NCBI GenBank assembly: GCA_038323255.1 | Contig: JBBQGS010000001.1 | Location: 1 to 48,193, forward strand | Direction: 5' to 3' | Source of the DNA: Erysipelotrichales bacterium | GTDB lineage: Bacteria; Bacillota_I; Bacilli_A; Erysipelotrichales; Erysipelotrichaceae | Length of the DNA stretch: 48,193 nt | Shown here: positions 16,356-26,282 of the stretch, one piece after another | How positions within the stretch are numbered: the first letter of the stretch is position 1 | Layout: each line of letters opens with the position of its first letter | Notes under the pieces: model-generated | What the model saw: the letters and a program-made list of their open reading frames with translations, nothing else | Databases searched by the model: none | What the model was told of the DNA's origin: nothing | Translations under genes and position numbers: made by a program

Positions 16356-18812
16356 TTACCTCAGTTTGAAGAAGCGTAAGCGTAGAGCGTTGGTGACGAC
16401 CGATACCGAACTCATAGCCATCGCCGCTCCGGCGAAGACAGGGTTCAGCAGCGGACCGCCGAAGAAGTAGAAGACACCGGCAGCGAAGGGAATCCCCACG
16501 ATGTTATAGATGAACGCCCAGAAGAGATTCTGTTTGATGTTGGTGAGCGTTGCTTTGGATAGTTTTAATGCGGTGACCACGTCGTTGAGGTCGCTTTTCA
16601 TCAGGACGACATCAGCTGATTCAATGGCGACATCCGTCCCTGATCCGATGGCGATGCCGGTATCGGCTTTCGCCAATGCGACCGCATCGTTGATGCCATC
16701 GCCGACCATTGCGACATTATAACCTTGTTGTTTCAGTTTATCAACTTCGTTTCCTTTATCTTGCGGCAGCACTTCGGCCAGCACCCAATCGATGCCGACT
16801 TGCTTGGCGATAGCATCCGCTGTTTTCTTGTTGTCACCGGTGATCATCGCGATTTTGATGCCCATTTTTTTCAATCTGGCGACGGCAGCTTTGGAGGATT
16901 CCTTGACGGTATCCGCTACGGCGATCATCCCTTCGGCTTGGTGGTCGATGGCTGCCAGTAATACGGTTTTCCCTTCGCCCGACCATTCGTCAAGGCGATT
17001 TTCAAGCGGAAATTCGACGTTGTTTTCAAGCATCCAAGCCGGATTCCCGATCAAGACTTCATGTCCATCCACGACAGCTTTAAGTCCGCGTCCGCTGACA
17101 GCCGTAAAGGTCTCAACTGTTTTCAATTTCAATCCGCGTTGTCTCGCTTCGGCGACGACCGCCAAAGCCAAGGGATGTTCGGAACTGGATTCGGCACTAG
17201 CCAAAATCCCTAGAAAACCATTCTCTTCCATGTGATAGCTGATTAAGTCCGTCAGGGCCGGTTTCCCGTTGGTTAAGGTGCCGGTTTTATCGAAGATGAC
17301 CGCATTAACGTGATGGGCGGCTTCCAATGCTTCGCCGCCTTTATACAGGACACCCATTTGGGCGCCGCGACCGGTTCCGACCATGATGGCGGTCGGAGTC
17401 GCGAGTCCAAGTGCACAAGGACATGCGATGACCAATACGGTAACAAAGATATTGAGCACGAAGGAGAATTCCTTCCCTTGTAAAGCCCAGAAACCGGCGG
17501 CCAAAAACGCGATGACGATGACGACCGGGACGAAATAAGCAGATATGATGTCAGCCAAGCGTGCGATCGGCGCTTTCTTGCCTTGCGCATCTTCAACTAA
17601 TTTTATGATCTGTGCCAGCGCGGTGGCTTCACCGACCGCTTTAGCGCGCATCGTAAGGACACCGTTGGTATTCAATGCGCCTCCGGTCACTTTATCGCCC
17701 GGATTCTTGTCGATCGGCAGACTTTCGCCCGTCAACATACTTTCGTCGACGGCGGATTGTCCGCCTTCCACGATCCCGTCAACCGGAATGCGTTCACCCG
17801 GTTTCACCAATAGTAAATCGCCGACAGTGACATCCTCAAGCGATACATCGGAGGTTTCTTCCCCTGCGATGACCAAATGAGCGGTTTTCGGAGCCAAACC
17901 CATCAATTTCTTAATGGCTTGGCTGGTCTTCCCTTTCGAGTTTTCTTCGAGCCATTTACCCAGCAGAATCAACGTGATGACGACACCGGCGGATTCGAAA
18001 TAAAGATTACTGACGAGTTTGACATCGCCGGCATAAATCAGAACTGTGTTGTAGACCCCATAGAGAAAGGCTGCCCCGGTGCCGATGGCAACCAAGGTAT
18101 CCATGTTGGGGGAACCTTTCGATAACGTTTTGAATCCGACCGTAAAGAACTTACGACCGGCATAGAGAATCGGTAGCGAAAGTAACAATTGGATCATTGC
18201 GAAATTGGTGGGATACATATGATGGTTCAAGATGTCGGGGATCCATAATTTCAGCGTCGGGAACATGTGACCCATCGCCAGATAAAGCAAAGGGATCGCG
18301 AACACTGCCGACAGAATCAGTCGGAATGTCATATCTTTGAGGGACTTCTGACGACGCAGCGTATCAGCGTCGACGTCTTTCTGCCCCTGAATTTCACTGG
18401 CTTTGTAACCGGCATTTTCGACCGCTTTTTTCAGTGTCCCCATTTTAACGATCGCAGGATCGTAAATGACAGTCGCCTTGTTGGTGGTAAGGTTGACACT
18501 GGCGGATGAGACGCCGTTTTGTTTTTTAAGGGCACGTTCGACCGCTACTGAACAACTGGCGCAGGTCATACCTTCGATATTGAGTGTTACATTTCTAACT
18601 TGAGTGATTTCCTGAAGACCGTAACCGGCGTTTTCAACCGCCGTTTTCAGCTCCTCGAAAGGAAGGGTGCGCGATTCGCGCACCGTCACTCGTTCCGTCG
18701 TAAGATTGACATCTGCAGCTTCAATGCCGTCGATCTTCTTTAGCGATTTCGATACGGCGACCGAACAGCTGGCACAGGTCATTCCTGTGACGATATACGA
18801 TTTTTCTTCCAT
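16356..18812 (-). CDS. copA: Copper-translocating P1B-type ATPase with two N-terminal HMA domains
   Basis: Two GMTCASCS motifs, TGES, CPC in the TM region, DKTGTLT and [11 protein letters not shown]. Length 818 aa. Confidence 0.95.
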   Translation of the reverse strand: MEEKSYIVTGMTCASCSVAVSKSLKKIDGIEAADVNLTTERVTVRESRTLPFEELKTAVENAGYGLQEITQVRNVTLNIEGMTCASCSVAVERALKKQNGVSSASVNLTTNKATVIYDPAIVKMGTLKKAVENAGYKASEIQGQKDVDADTLRRQKSLKDMTFRLILSAVFAIPLLYLAMGHMFPTLKLWIPDILNHHMYPTNFAMIQLLLSLPILYAGRKFFTVGFKTLSKGSPNMDTLVAIGTGAAFLYGVYNTVLIYAGDVKLVSNLYFESAGVVITLILLGKWLEENSKGKTSQAIKKLMGLAPKTAHLVIAGEETSDVSLEDVTVGDLLLVKPGERIPVDGIVEGGQSAVDESMLTGESLPIDKNPGDKVTGGALNTNGVLTMRAKAVGEATALAQIIKLVEDAQGKKAPIARLADIISAYFVPVVIVIAFLAAGFWALQGKEFSFVLNIFVTVLVIACPCALGLATPTAIMVGTGRGAQMGVLYKGGEALEAAHHVNAVIFDKTGTLTNGKPALTDLISYHMEENGFLGILASAESSSEHPLALAVVAEARQRGLKLKTVETFTAVSGRGLKAVVDGHEVLIGNPAWMLENNVEFPLENRLDEWSGEGKTVLLAAIDHQAEGMIAVADTVKESSKAAVARLKKMGIKIAMITGDNKKTADAIAKQVGIDWVLAEVLPQDKGNEVDKLKQQGYNVAMVGDGINDAVALAKADTGIAIGSGTDVAIESADVVLMKSDLNDVVTALKLSKATLTNIKQNLFWAFIYNIVGIPFAAGVFYFFGGPLLNPVFAGAAMAMSSVSVVTNALRLRFFKLR

Positions 18813-18824
18813 GAGGGATTCCTC

Positions 18825-19034
18825 CTATTTCTGGATAAGTTGGTAGCCCGCATCCTCGACCGAAGCTTTTAGGGCTTCGAAGGACACGGAATCGTCGGCA
18901 TTCACCAAGGCTGTTTTCTCGGCTAAGGATACTTTGGCGTCATTGACGCCCGGTACTTCCTTCAAAGCCATAGTAACATGGTGGACACAATGCATGCAGG
19001 TCATGCCTTCTACGCTATACGTGGTTAGTTTCAT
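18825..19034 (-). CDS. copZ: Copper chaperone CopZ
   Basis: MKLTTYSVEGMTCMHCVHHVTMALKEV.., 69 aa. The SD AGGTGA lies 6 nt before the ATG at 19034. The track ORF extends 24 codons upstream into the promoter. Confidence 0.9.
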   Translation of the reverse strand: MKLTTYSVEGMTCMHCVHHVTMALKEVPGVNDAKVSLAEKTALVNADDSVSFEALKASVEDAGYQLIQK

Positions 19035-19052
19035 AGTTTTCACCTCGCCAGG

Positions 19053-19081
19053 ATTATATACCCCCCATGGGTATATGTAAA
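19053..19081 (-). promoter_or_regulatory. Near-consensus promoter of the cop operon (TTTACA-17-TATAAT)
   Basis: The minus strand reads TTTACA (19081-19076), a 17-nt spacer, then TATAAT (19058-19053), 19 nt upstream of the copZ ATG region. Confidence 0.7.
19056..19076. promoter_or_regulatory. CsoR-type operator: GC-tract palindrome ATATACCC-N5-GGGTATAT
   Basis: A perfect 8-bp inverted repeat (19056-19063 and 19069-19076). It resembles known CsoR boxes (TACCC..GGGTA) and occupies the -35/-10 spacer of the cop promoter. Confidence 0.6.
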
Positions 19082-19095
19082 GTGAAATGCACATG

Positions 19096-19121
19096 AAAAA
19101 ACGCATCCTTGCGGAATGCGT
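19096..19121 (-). terminator. Rho-independent terminator after gap
   Basis: The minus strand reads ACGCATTCC-GCAA-GGATGCGT (8 bp with one bulge) followed by TTTTTTC. Confidence 0.7.
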
Positions 19122-19138
19122 CGAATACAGTCTTGAAG

Positions 19139-20205
<1,067 letters not shown>

Positions 20206-20208
20206 TTG

Positions 20209-20222
20209 TGAAGCCGTTATCA
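20209..20222 (-). promoter_or_regulatory. cre-like (CcpA box) element just upstream of the gap -35
   Basis: The minus strand TGATAACGGCTTCA matches TGWNANCGNTNWCA at 13 of 14 positions. Two further TGAYAACGG-like copies flank it. Confidence 0.3.
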
Positions 20223-20304
20223 ATGATTGACCTCACAGACTTTAGCAGAACCGTTGACATTGAATCCAAACACTAAACAAAAGGACATTTTGCTTGCCAG
20301 AACC

Positions 20305-20729
20305 TTAGATGAATTGGTTGATTAAGAAAGCCAGCAGTCCGACTAAGGCTCCCCCAATCGATCCATTGACATACATGCGTCCTTCCTTTGTCGATTTGCT
20401 TTGATTCAGTTACACGGCCACATAAAGGATGCATTCTGTTGGGGAAATGGCTTCGAAGGCATGGGTCGCTCAGGAGCGTTGATTGTATCGACCTTTAGAT
20501 CAAAACAGTCGTTGAATACAAGCGCAGAAGCGGAAATGAAGAATCCGCAAAGAAATCCCAACCCAAGCAGTGTATAGGACAAGCGTGCCCCGAATGCGAT
20601 GATTTCGCCTGTGATGACGCAGATCCCTGCAGCGATCGATAGATCTGGTCTGAACAAGCGCAAGATTTTTTGCTTTTCACAGCGCGTCCAGCTTTGCTTG
20701 TTTCCATATATCCCGGGTTTGTAGTGCAT
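20305..20729 (-). pseudogene. Decayed UbiA-family prenyltransferase (frameshifted and truncated)
   Basis: The N-terminal ~100 aa carry the UbiA motif NDCFDLKVD..APERP. Around 20449-20456 the family-like continuation (AISPTECILYVAV) moves to another frame and hits a TAA at 20412-20410. Only about 150 codons remain against about 290 in intact family members. Confidence 0.55.
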
Positions 20730-20780
20730 TACACCATCGTTGTTTACGCAGATAAATTAAAGCACGATTTTTGCATTCTC

Positions 20781-20810
20781 GAAATAAAACCCCACGCATA
20801 GATGGGGTTT
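20781..20810 (-). terminator. Rho-independent terminator after the GNAT gene
   Basis: The minus strand reads AAACCCCA-TCTATGCG-TGGGGTTT followed by TATTTCG, an 8-bp GC-centred stem. Confidence 0.7.
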
Positions 20811-20817
20811 ATGAGAA

Positions 20818-21732
20818 CTATTGGCTATCGTGGACCCATAGCGGTTTTCCGCCCAAAGTTATCGCCTGTGAAACCGTGGTCGCGCGTGTTTCGAACAGTT
20901 TGTTGAAGAGATCGAAATCATTGATGCGTACGCTCATATATTCTTCCAAGACCGCACTCGAACCGGGCAAAATACGGGCCAAATCTTCGCTGGCACTGAC
21001 ATGCAGAAGAACTTTGTCTTTTCCATTCAGCAAGGTGCTGACCATTTTTAGCAGACTGAGTGCGTCGATATAGAGAATTTCATCGATGTCGATATGTTTG
21101 GGGTCGATTGAGAACATACAGTATCCTTTGACGATTCCTTGTTCTTTAAGTACCATCACCCGACCGCCTTCAGCTTTGAGTTCGGCGAAGCGTTTTTCGA
21201 AATAGCCCTCTTCACGCAGGAAATAGCCGTCGAAATGCGAAGTGAATGCTTTATAGAAAACCTGCAGGTCTTTGGGATCGACATTGTAGCTGATACCTTG
21301 CGCACTGAGTACAGGCACCATCGATTTGTCGACCGTGAACCGTTTTCTGCGATAGATTTTTTGAAATCCGAAGGGTTCATAGATCTCCGGGATATATGCC
21401 TGCAGAACCGTTATCAGATTCTGATGTTCCAAAATATCCAAGACTTCTTCCATTAACTGTTTCATATATCCTTTTTTGCGGAATTCGGGAGGTGTCAGCA
21501 CCCCGACAATAAACGAGACCTCAATGCGTTTGCCCTGCAGGACCATAATGTGTCGATGAACCTGCAAGGAAGAGAGAATGGTTTCCCCTTCTTTCAGCAT
21601 GTAACATTCATTTGGATTATAGTACGCACTGAAATAATGGTCGATCGAACCTCCATCATCGTGTTCGAACGCTTCTTTCCATTGCTTATACAGAATTTCC
21701 TTATCGGTAACCGATGCTTTGCAAAGTTTCAT
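20818..21732 (-). CDS. GNAT-family acetyltransferase with Eis-like architecture (GNAT, second GNAT-like domain, SCP2-like tail)
   Basis: The acetyl-CoA loop is VLTPPEFRKKGYMKQLMEEVL. The C-terminus MSVRINDFDLFNKLF is typical of the Eis/COG4552 tail. The protein is shorter (304 aa) than classical Eis. Confidence 0.7.
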   Translation of the reverse strand: MKLCKASVTDKEILYKQWKEAFEHDDGGSIDHYFSAYYNPNECYMLKEGETILSSLQVHRHIMVLQGKRIEVSFIVGVLTPPEFRKKGYMKQLMEEVLDILEHQNLITVLQAYIPEIYEPFGFQKIYRRKRFTVDKSMVPVLSAQGISYNVDPKDLQVFYKAFTSHFDGYFLREEGYFEKRFAELKAEGGRVMVLKEQGIVKGYCMFSIDPKHIDIDEILYIDALSLLKMVSTLLNGKDKVLLHVSASEDLARILPGSSAVLEEYMSVRINDFDLFNKLFETRATTVSQAITLGGKPLWVHDSQ

Positions 21733-22630
21733 TTTGTTCCCTCAACCGGTATTTCTCGATGAAATAGATCGGTGCCAACGCCATCTTCGCAGCCCGCAGG
21801 AATTCGTTCCCCATATCGTCTTCACGGTTCACCAGAGTGGCGCCCAGGAAATGACGGTTGAGAAACTCCTTTTCCACGACTTGGTAAAGTCCGCGATAAC
21901 TGTCGTCGGCTTTTTCGATGTTGATCTGGACCATACGTTCGGAAGTCATCGATCCGATGACGAAAGCGCAGATTTTCTTGTCGATGCGGATTACGCCGCC
22001 TTGCCAAGGCAATAAACCATAACACGCCAGGATATCCATCGCACCCTGTTTTTCAAATTTGAAATACTCGTCCTGATTTTCGTTTTCTTTCCAATGCGTC
22101 AGGAATGTTTTGACTTCTTCCAGATTCGCGCCGTCGATCTCTTCATACGTAAATCTTCCTTCATATTCTTTCATGAAGGCATTGATATGGTTACGGCGCT
22201 TCTGCAGTTTTTTCCCGCTGTAGGTGCGTAGTTTCTCGGCTTCATAGACATAGTCGAATGCATCGCGTTCTTTTACGAACTGCGTATCCGGTAGAATCTC
22301 CAAAACCTTGGCAACGCCTTCTTTGGTGTAACAGGAAAGCTCGAAAGGGACTTTCGACTGCTTAAAGATTTCTTTCCCTTTTAAGATTGCGTCACTGAAA
22401 AATTCAGGTGCACATAATGGCATATACATGAACAGAACTCCTTTATGAATACCCAATAGAAGCAGATATTCATCTGTCACGAGTTTCCATAAGGGATATT
22501 GACGTCGCCACTGGAACAGATTGACGATATTGTGGTTGCTTTCTTCGATGCCCGACAGATGGAGATAACGCAAAATCAGCGTACAGTCTTCCTCACTTAC
22601 GGGTTCGAAATCCAATTCTTTGGCATCCAT
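21701..22630 (-). CDS. Standalone DUF2156 protein (homologous to the MprF C-terminal aminoacyl-phosphatidylglycerol synthase domain; COG4866 type)
   Basis: DYVYEAEKLRTYSGKKLQKRRNHINAFMKEY and DDMGNEFLRAAKMALAPIYFIEKY match family landmarks. Length 309 aa with no membrane domain. The 3' end overlaps the GNAT gene by 32 nt. Confidence 0.72.
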   Translation of the reverse strand: MDAKELDFEPVSEEDCTLILRYLHLSGIEESNHNIVNLFQWRRQYPLWKLVTDEYLLLLGIHKGVLFMYMPLCAPEFFSDAILKGKEIFKQSKVPFELSCYTKEGVAKVLEILPDTQFVKERDAFDYVYEAEKLRTYSGKKLQKRRNHINAFMKEYEGRFTYEEIDGANLEEVKTFLTHWKENENQDEYFKFEKQGAMDILACYGLLPWQGGVIRIDKKICAFVIGSMTSERMVQINIEKADDSYRGLYQVVEKEFLNRHFLGATLVNREDDMGNEFLRAAKMALAPIYFIEKYRLREQNETLQSIGYR

Positions 22631-22638
22631 GGCGAGAG

Positions 22639-22884
22639 TTACTCTCTTTCCTTATATTCAGCGTCGATGACTTCGCTGCGGATCGGCGTTTCGATATCGT
22701 CGTCTTGGGAGAGATCATGCGTTTGTTCTGCCGGTTCTTGCGATTCTACGGCTCTGCGTAAACGATAGGCGGTGCGAAACAAAACGATGCCGATCACCAG
22801 GATGAAAACCAGGAAAAGGGGCCAGAGATAATACAGTAATAGTAAGCCTAAAATAAATGTAAAGATCAGTTGGATCAGTTTCAA
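22639..22884 (-). CDS. Small two-TM membrane protein with an acidic C-terminal tail (about 81 aa; start uncertain)
   Basis: LIQLIFTFILGLLLLYYLWPLFLVFILVIGIVLF is followed by a charged tail ending VIDAEYKERE. The TTG at 22884 follows AAGGTG. Alternative starts are the ATG at 22902 or the TTG at 22917, but these lie inside the predicted -10 box and terminator respectively. The stop is 8 nt before the DUF2156 ATG. Confidence 0.5.
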   Translation of the reverse strand: MKLIQLIFTFILGLLLLYYLWPLFLVFILVIGIVLFRTAYRLRRAVESQEPAEQTHDLSQDDDIETPIRSEVIDAEYKERE

Positions 22885-22900
22885 TTTAATCACCTTTGAC

Positions 22901-22909
22901 ATTATAGCA
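22901..22909 (-). promoter_or_regulatory. Extended -10 promoter (TGCTATAAT) for the membrane-protein/DUF2156/GNAT operon
   Basis: The minus strand reads TGCTATAAT immediately after the XRE-gene terminator. There is no good -35. Confidence 0.35.
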
Positions 22910-22915
22910 TAAAAC

Positions 22916-22934
22916 AAAAAAGGCCGAGGCCTTT
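22916..22934 (-). terminator. Rho-independent terminator after the XRE gene
   Basis: The minus strand reads AAAGGCC-TCGG-CCTTT followed by a T-tract (TTTTTTGTTTT), beginning 10 nt after the stop. Confidence 0.65.
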
Positions 22935-22944
22935 CTCGCTCAGC

Positions 22945-23223
22945 CTAGAAGAGATCACGCAACGTGATGCCCAGACCTTTTGACAGTTTATCCAGTGCCT
23001 TTAAAGAAATGTTGCGGCGCCCGCGTTCGACATCCGAAATATAGTTGCGATGCAACCCGCTGCGAAACGACAATTCTTCCTGTGACATACCGACGCTGAT
23101 GCGCAGATGTTTGATTCTATCGCCGAATTGTTTCTCCAAATCATGGTTTACTTCACACTCGTCCGCCTTGATTCTTCGCGGGCGTCCGATTGTTTGTGTA
23201 ACTGTCGTGATTAAACTTTCCAT
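22945..23223 (-). CDS. XRE-family (Cro/C1-type) HTH transcriptional regulator
   Basis: FGDRIKHLRISVGMSQEELSFRSGLHRNYISDVERGRRNISLKALDKLSKGLGITLRDLF is a classic HTH_3 domain. It is preceded by a 30-aa N-terminal extension. Confidence 0.85.
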   Translation of the reverse strand: MESLITTVTQTIGRPRRIKADECEVNHDLEKQFGDRIKHLRISVGMSQEELSFRSGLHRNYISDVERGRRNISLKALDKLSKGLGITLRDLF

Positions 23224-23304
23224 ATCCCCACTCTCCTGTCTTTTAACTCTGTCATCGACCCCAATCGATGTTGAATCATGTCCGATACAAGCCTTATTAC
23301 ACTC

Positions 23305-23334
23305 ATTATATGCGATATGACGCGAGAGTGTGCA
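23305..23334 (-). promoter_or_regulatory. Candidate promoter of the XRE gene (TGCACA-18-TATAAT)
   Basis: The minus strand reads TGCACA (23334-23329), an 18-nt spacer, then TATAAT (23310-23305). ACACTC/GAGTGT half-sites overlap both boxes. Confidence 0.4.
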
Positions 23335-23467
23335 CTTTTCACTTGTATAGAGGATTGAAGCATCAAAGTTTCTACTCTCTTTTTACACAAATTCAGAGGC
23401 TTTCTCCACACACTATGAGTGTGATTTCGAACTTATTGGAATAAATTTACTTCTTAAATCAAATATG

Positions 23468-23490
23468 ATAAAAAAACCGGTTACCCGGTT
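23468..23490 (-). terminator. Rho-independent terminator after the aminopeptidase gene
   Basis: The minus strand reads AACCGG-GTAA-CCGGTT followed by TTTTTTT. The hairpin overlaps the TAA stop. Confidence 0.75.
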
Positions 23491-24721
23491 AATCTGCGAA
23501 ATTCCCATTCACGAAAAGCTTGGCAGTTGTACCATCGGCCATGACCGCTTGGATTTCCAAATCCGGGGTTCCGAACATGAAATCGACATGGATCAAAGAG
23601 ACATTCAGATTGGCTTTTGTCCATGTTTCATCAGGTGTCGCACGTGCTCCCTCAATGCATCCGGCAAAAGCTTTGCCCAACGCAAGATGACAGGCAGCAT
23701 TTTCATCCAACAGCGTATTATAGAAAAGCAGACCGCTTTGGCTGATATTCGAGGAAGTCTCGACCAATGCGACTTCGCCGAGATAACAGGCTCCAGCATC
23801 GCTTGCGATCAGGTCTTCCAACAGTTTCTTGTTTTTTCCGGCTTCGATCTTCGTCACTTTTCCGTTCGTGAACGTGAAACTGAAGTTTTCAATCACACTT
23901 CCCGCAAGAACTAACGGTCGGCTAGCGACGACTTTCCCGTTGACGCTGAATTTATCGGGAGATGTGAAGACTTCTTCCGTAGGGATATTGGCGTTGTATT
24001 CTCTTTTCCCATCGACTGCATCGCTTCCGCCGTTCCATTTTGCAAGTTCATTCAAGCCGACCGTCAAATCGGTGCCCAAGGAATTGCGGAAGCGGAGTTG
24101 GCGGATTTTCAGTGCGTTCAACTTGTTGCGCTGAATTCGTATCCGTGCCATATGTTCGCTCCAGGTCACACAGGGATCTTGGTCCTTGGTCATGTAGCAA
24201 AGTTTATACAAGGTTCTCCAGAATTCTTTCAGCGCGTCTTTTTCGACGAGATGGGGGAATACGGATTTCGCCCACAGTTTATTGGGAACCGGCGCGATGC
24301 AGAATTGGATGCCGTTAGATGACACGCGGTGGCGCACAACGTTGCGTAGCTCGTTGATGCGCTGTGAATAGGCCGACAGGATATTGGCGTCGACATTGTC
24401 AAGCAAACCGACATAGGACGATGTCAGCAGTAAGTGACAACCGTCTTCGCGCAGATAAGCGTCGATTGATTCTCTCTCCCAATGTTCAACGGCGCGCACT
24501 TCATCGGCCGACTGATTCTGCAATCGTAAAAGATCAGCATACGCATCCGTATACCGTATTACGACTTGTTTGGCGCCAAGCGCATAGGCTTCTTCGAGGA
24601 CAAGTTTGGCAAACGCCTCGTTTTCGACGTCGGCTTCGATCACCACGTTTTGTCCCTTGCGTACATTCAGTCCGCTTTGCACTAATAGTTTGGCATACTT
24701 CCTTTTTTGATCTTTCCCCAT
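23489..24721 (-). CDS. M29-family aminopeptidase (AmpS/PepS type)
   Basis: Length 410 aa. YAKLLVQSGLNVRKGQNVVI, NIPTEEVFTSP, CYLGEVALV and NAACHLALG are typical of the thermophilic metalloprotease M29 family. Confidence 0.85.
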   Translation of the reverse strand: MGKDQKRKYAKLLVQSGLNVRKGQNVVIEADVENEAFAKLVLEEAYALGAKQVVIRYTDAYADLLRLQNQSADEVRAVEHWERESIDAYLREDGCHLLLTSSYVGLLDNVDANILSAYSQRINELRNVVRHRVSSNGIQFCIAPVPNKLWAKSVFPHLVEKDALKEFWRTLYKLCYMTKDQDPCVTWSEHMARIRIQRNKLNALKIRQLRFRNSLGTDLTVGLNELAKWNGGSDAVDGKREYNANIPTEEVFTSPDKFSVNGKVVASRPLVLAGSVIENFSFTFTNGKVTKIEAGKNKKLLEDLIASDAGACYLGEVALVETSSNISQSGLLFYNTLLDENAACHLALGKAFAGCIEGARATPDETWTKANLNVSLIHVDFMFGTPDLEIQAVMADGTTAKLFVNGNFAD

Positions 24722-24739
24722 GATTACAACCCTTTCTCG

Positions 24740-25774
24740 TTAATAAAACACATGCAATCCCGGCCACTTTTTCGCCAAATGCAAAAGTATCCAAGCAAAC
24801 GCATAGGACCCTCCGGCGACCAAAACATACTGGACAAGACTGTTTCTGTATATCCAACTAATTCCAGCCATACTAAGCAAGATCGGCAATATCATCATAA
24901 ACAATGGATGCACCAAATAGACGATCAGACTTCCGTCACGCAACCATTTATAGATACGACGCTCTTTCAATCGTATCTCGAGCATACCGGAAAACAAACA
25001 GACGCTGGCCGGAAGTGCGAATAAGAGCAGATTAAAATTGAGCGGTTTACTGTATTGGCGAAGTAAGAACACTTCAATCGTCAATAAGGCCATTGAGACA
25101 AAGAAAGGAGGATACGGATGCCTGATGCGAAATCCGGTTTTAGAGAAATATGCCCCCATCGTCACAAAGAAGAATCCGAAGAAAATTCCGTTACGCGATG
25201 TCACGAATAGATCTAAATAGAATTTGACCGGTATTTCGATGCCGATGTTGGCGGCAATTCCATAATACGCATCTCCGAAAAGTCCGATTAAATAGAGAAT
25301 CACACCTAGGATCAATGCTTTCTTAAAGGTCAGATAATGCAGCGCCCAATAACTCAGCAAGACGGCGATGACCAAGGCGGTAAGATACCAGAGATGGGAG
25401 CCTTCCTGAAGAAAACGGTAGAAGATGTAAAACCCATAAACGTTAAAGCCGACCTGTGAGACGAAATAGGTGAAAGCCACTGCGATATAGATACTCATCC
25501 ATATCACATACAGAATCAGGACGCGCTTACAATAGTGATAGATGATGAGGTTGTTTTGTTTGTTTCCGCGTAAAGGAAATTCGATTTTACGGAAAAGCAG
25601 AAAGCCGGCCGCCATGAAGAAAAACTGGATTGTGACGCGGGCAAGGACGTGGACCACAAAAACATCCAGCGTCAGCGAATACGAAAGAAAAGGTCGCACA
25701 TGGCCTGCGACCACAAGCATCGCCGCGACAAATTTCATCAGATCAATTCCGTACAAACTGCGTTTTTCTATCAT
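24740..25774 (-). CDS. Acyltransferase-3 family integral membrane O-acyltransferase
   Basis: YGIDLMKFVAAMLVVAGHV is the family N-terminal His motif, followed by about 10 TM helices. The ATG at 25774 is preferred; the track ORF starts 13 codons earlier at a TTG. It lies 18 nt upstream of the aminopeptidase gene. Confidence 0.8.
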   Translation of the reverse strand: MIEKRSLYGIDLMKFVAAMLVVAGHVRPFLSYSLTLDVFVVHVLARVTIQFFFMAAGFLLFRKIEFPLRGNKQNNLIIYHYCKRVLILYVIWMSIYIAVAFTYFVSQVGFNVYGFYIFYRFLQEGSHLWYLTALVIAVLLSYWALHYLTFKKALILGVILYLIGLFGDAYYGIAANIGIEIPVKFYLDLFVTSRNGIFFGFFFVTMGAYFSKTGFRIRHPYPPFFVSMALLTIEVFLLRQYSKPLNFNLLLFALPASVCLFSGMLEIRLKERRIYKWLRDGSLIVYLVHPLFMMILPILLSMAGISWIYRNSLVQYVLVAGGSYAFAWILLHLAKKWPGLHVFY

Positions 25775-25912
25775 TGTCGCCCTATCCCTCGGGGAAATCG
25801 TACCATATTCCAACTGGGAATGGTAGGTTCAATGTGGATTATTCAAACTATCCTTTAGCAACGACGTTTTTGCGGACAAGCGAAGCTCTTTTCACATATG
25901 AATAACCCGCTT

Positions 25913-26281
25913 TTAAATGCCTCTTAGGATATTCATGCTCCAGTTAAGTGCGAAGATCATGATTAAATTGATGATTTGAAAGCGTGTAAACCGATATCCT
26001 TTCATTTGGTCGATGAACTTCGTTTTGAGAAGCAAGTCGCTTAAAGTAGACATCGTTGCGATACCCAAAGTTAAAAAGAGAGGGATCGACAAAAGATTAT
26101 AGTGAATTGCATCAAGCAAATGAAAATGCAGGATTGCACTAAACCCCCTCGTTAATCCGCATCCCGGACAAGGCAGATGGAAAATCGCTTTGATGGGACA
26201 TACATAGATATCAGTTAGGGCTAATCCCGCAAAAAGCAATAACCCTAACGCCATTATCCCGAATCTTCGGATTTCTTTCAT
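25913..26281 (-). CDS. DUF2752 membrane protein
   Basis: CPIKAIFHLPCPGCGLTRG is the DUF2752 signature. Length 122 aa, with 3-4 TM segments. Confidence 0.75.
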   Translation of the reverse strand: MKEIRRFGIMALGLLLFAGLALTDIYVCPIKAIFHLPCPGCGLTRGFSAILHFHLLDAIHYNLLSIPLFLTLGIATMSTLSDLLLKTKFIDQMKGYRFTRFQIINLIMIFALNWSMNILRGI

Positions 26282-26282
26282 T

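Noticed and set aside
20305-20376. 23-codon hydrophobic ORF MYVNGSIGGALVGLLAFLINQFI with an AAGGAAGGA SD-like sequence, considered as a possible type I toxin-like peptide
   Set aside because: It lies in the same frame as the decayed UbiA remnant, so it is most simply a leftover transmembrane segment of the pseudogene. No antisense RNA promoter or conserved toxin features are visible.
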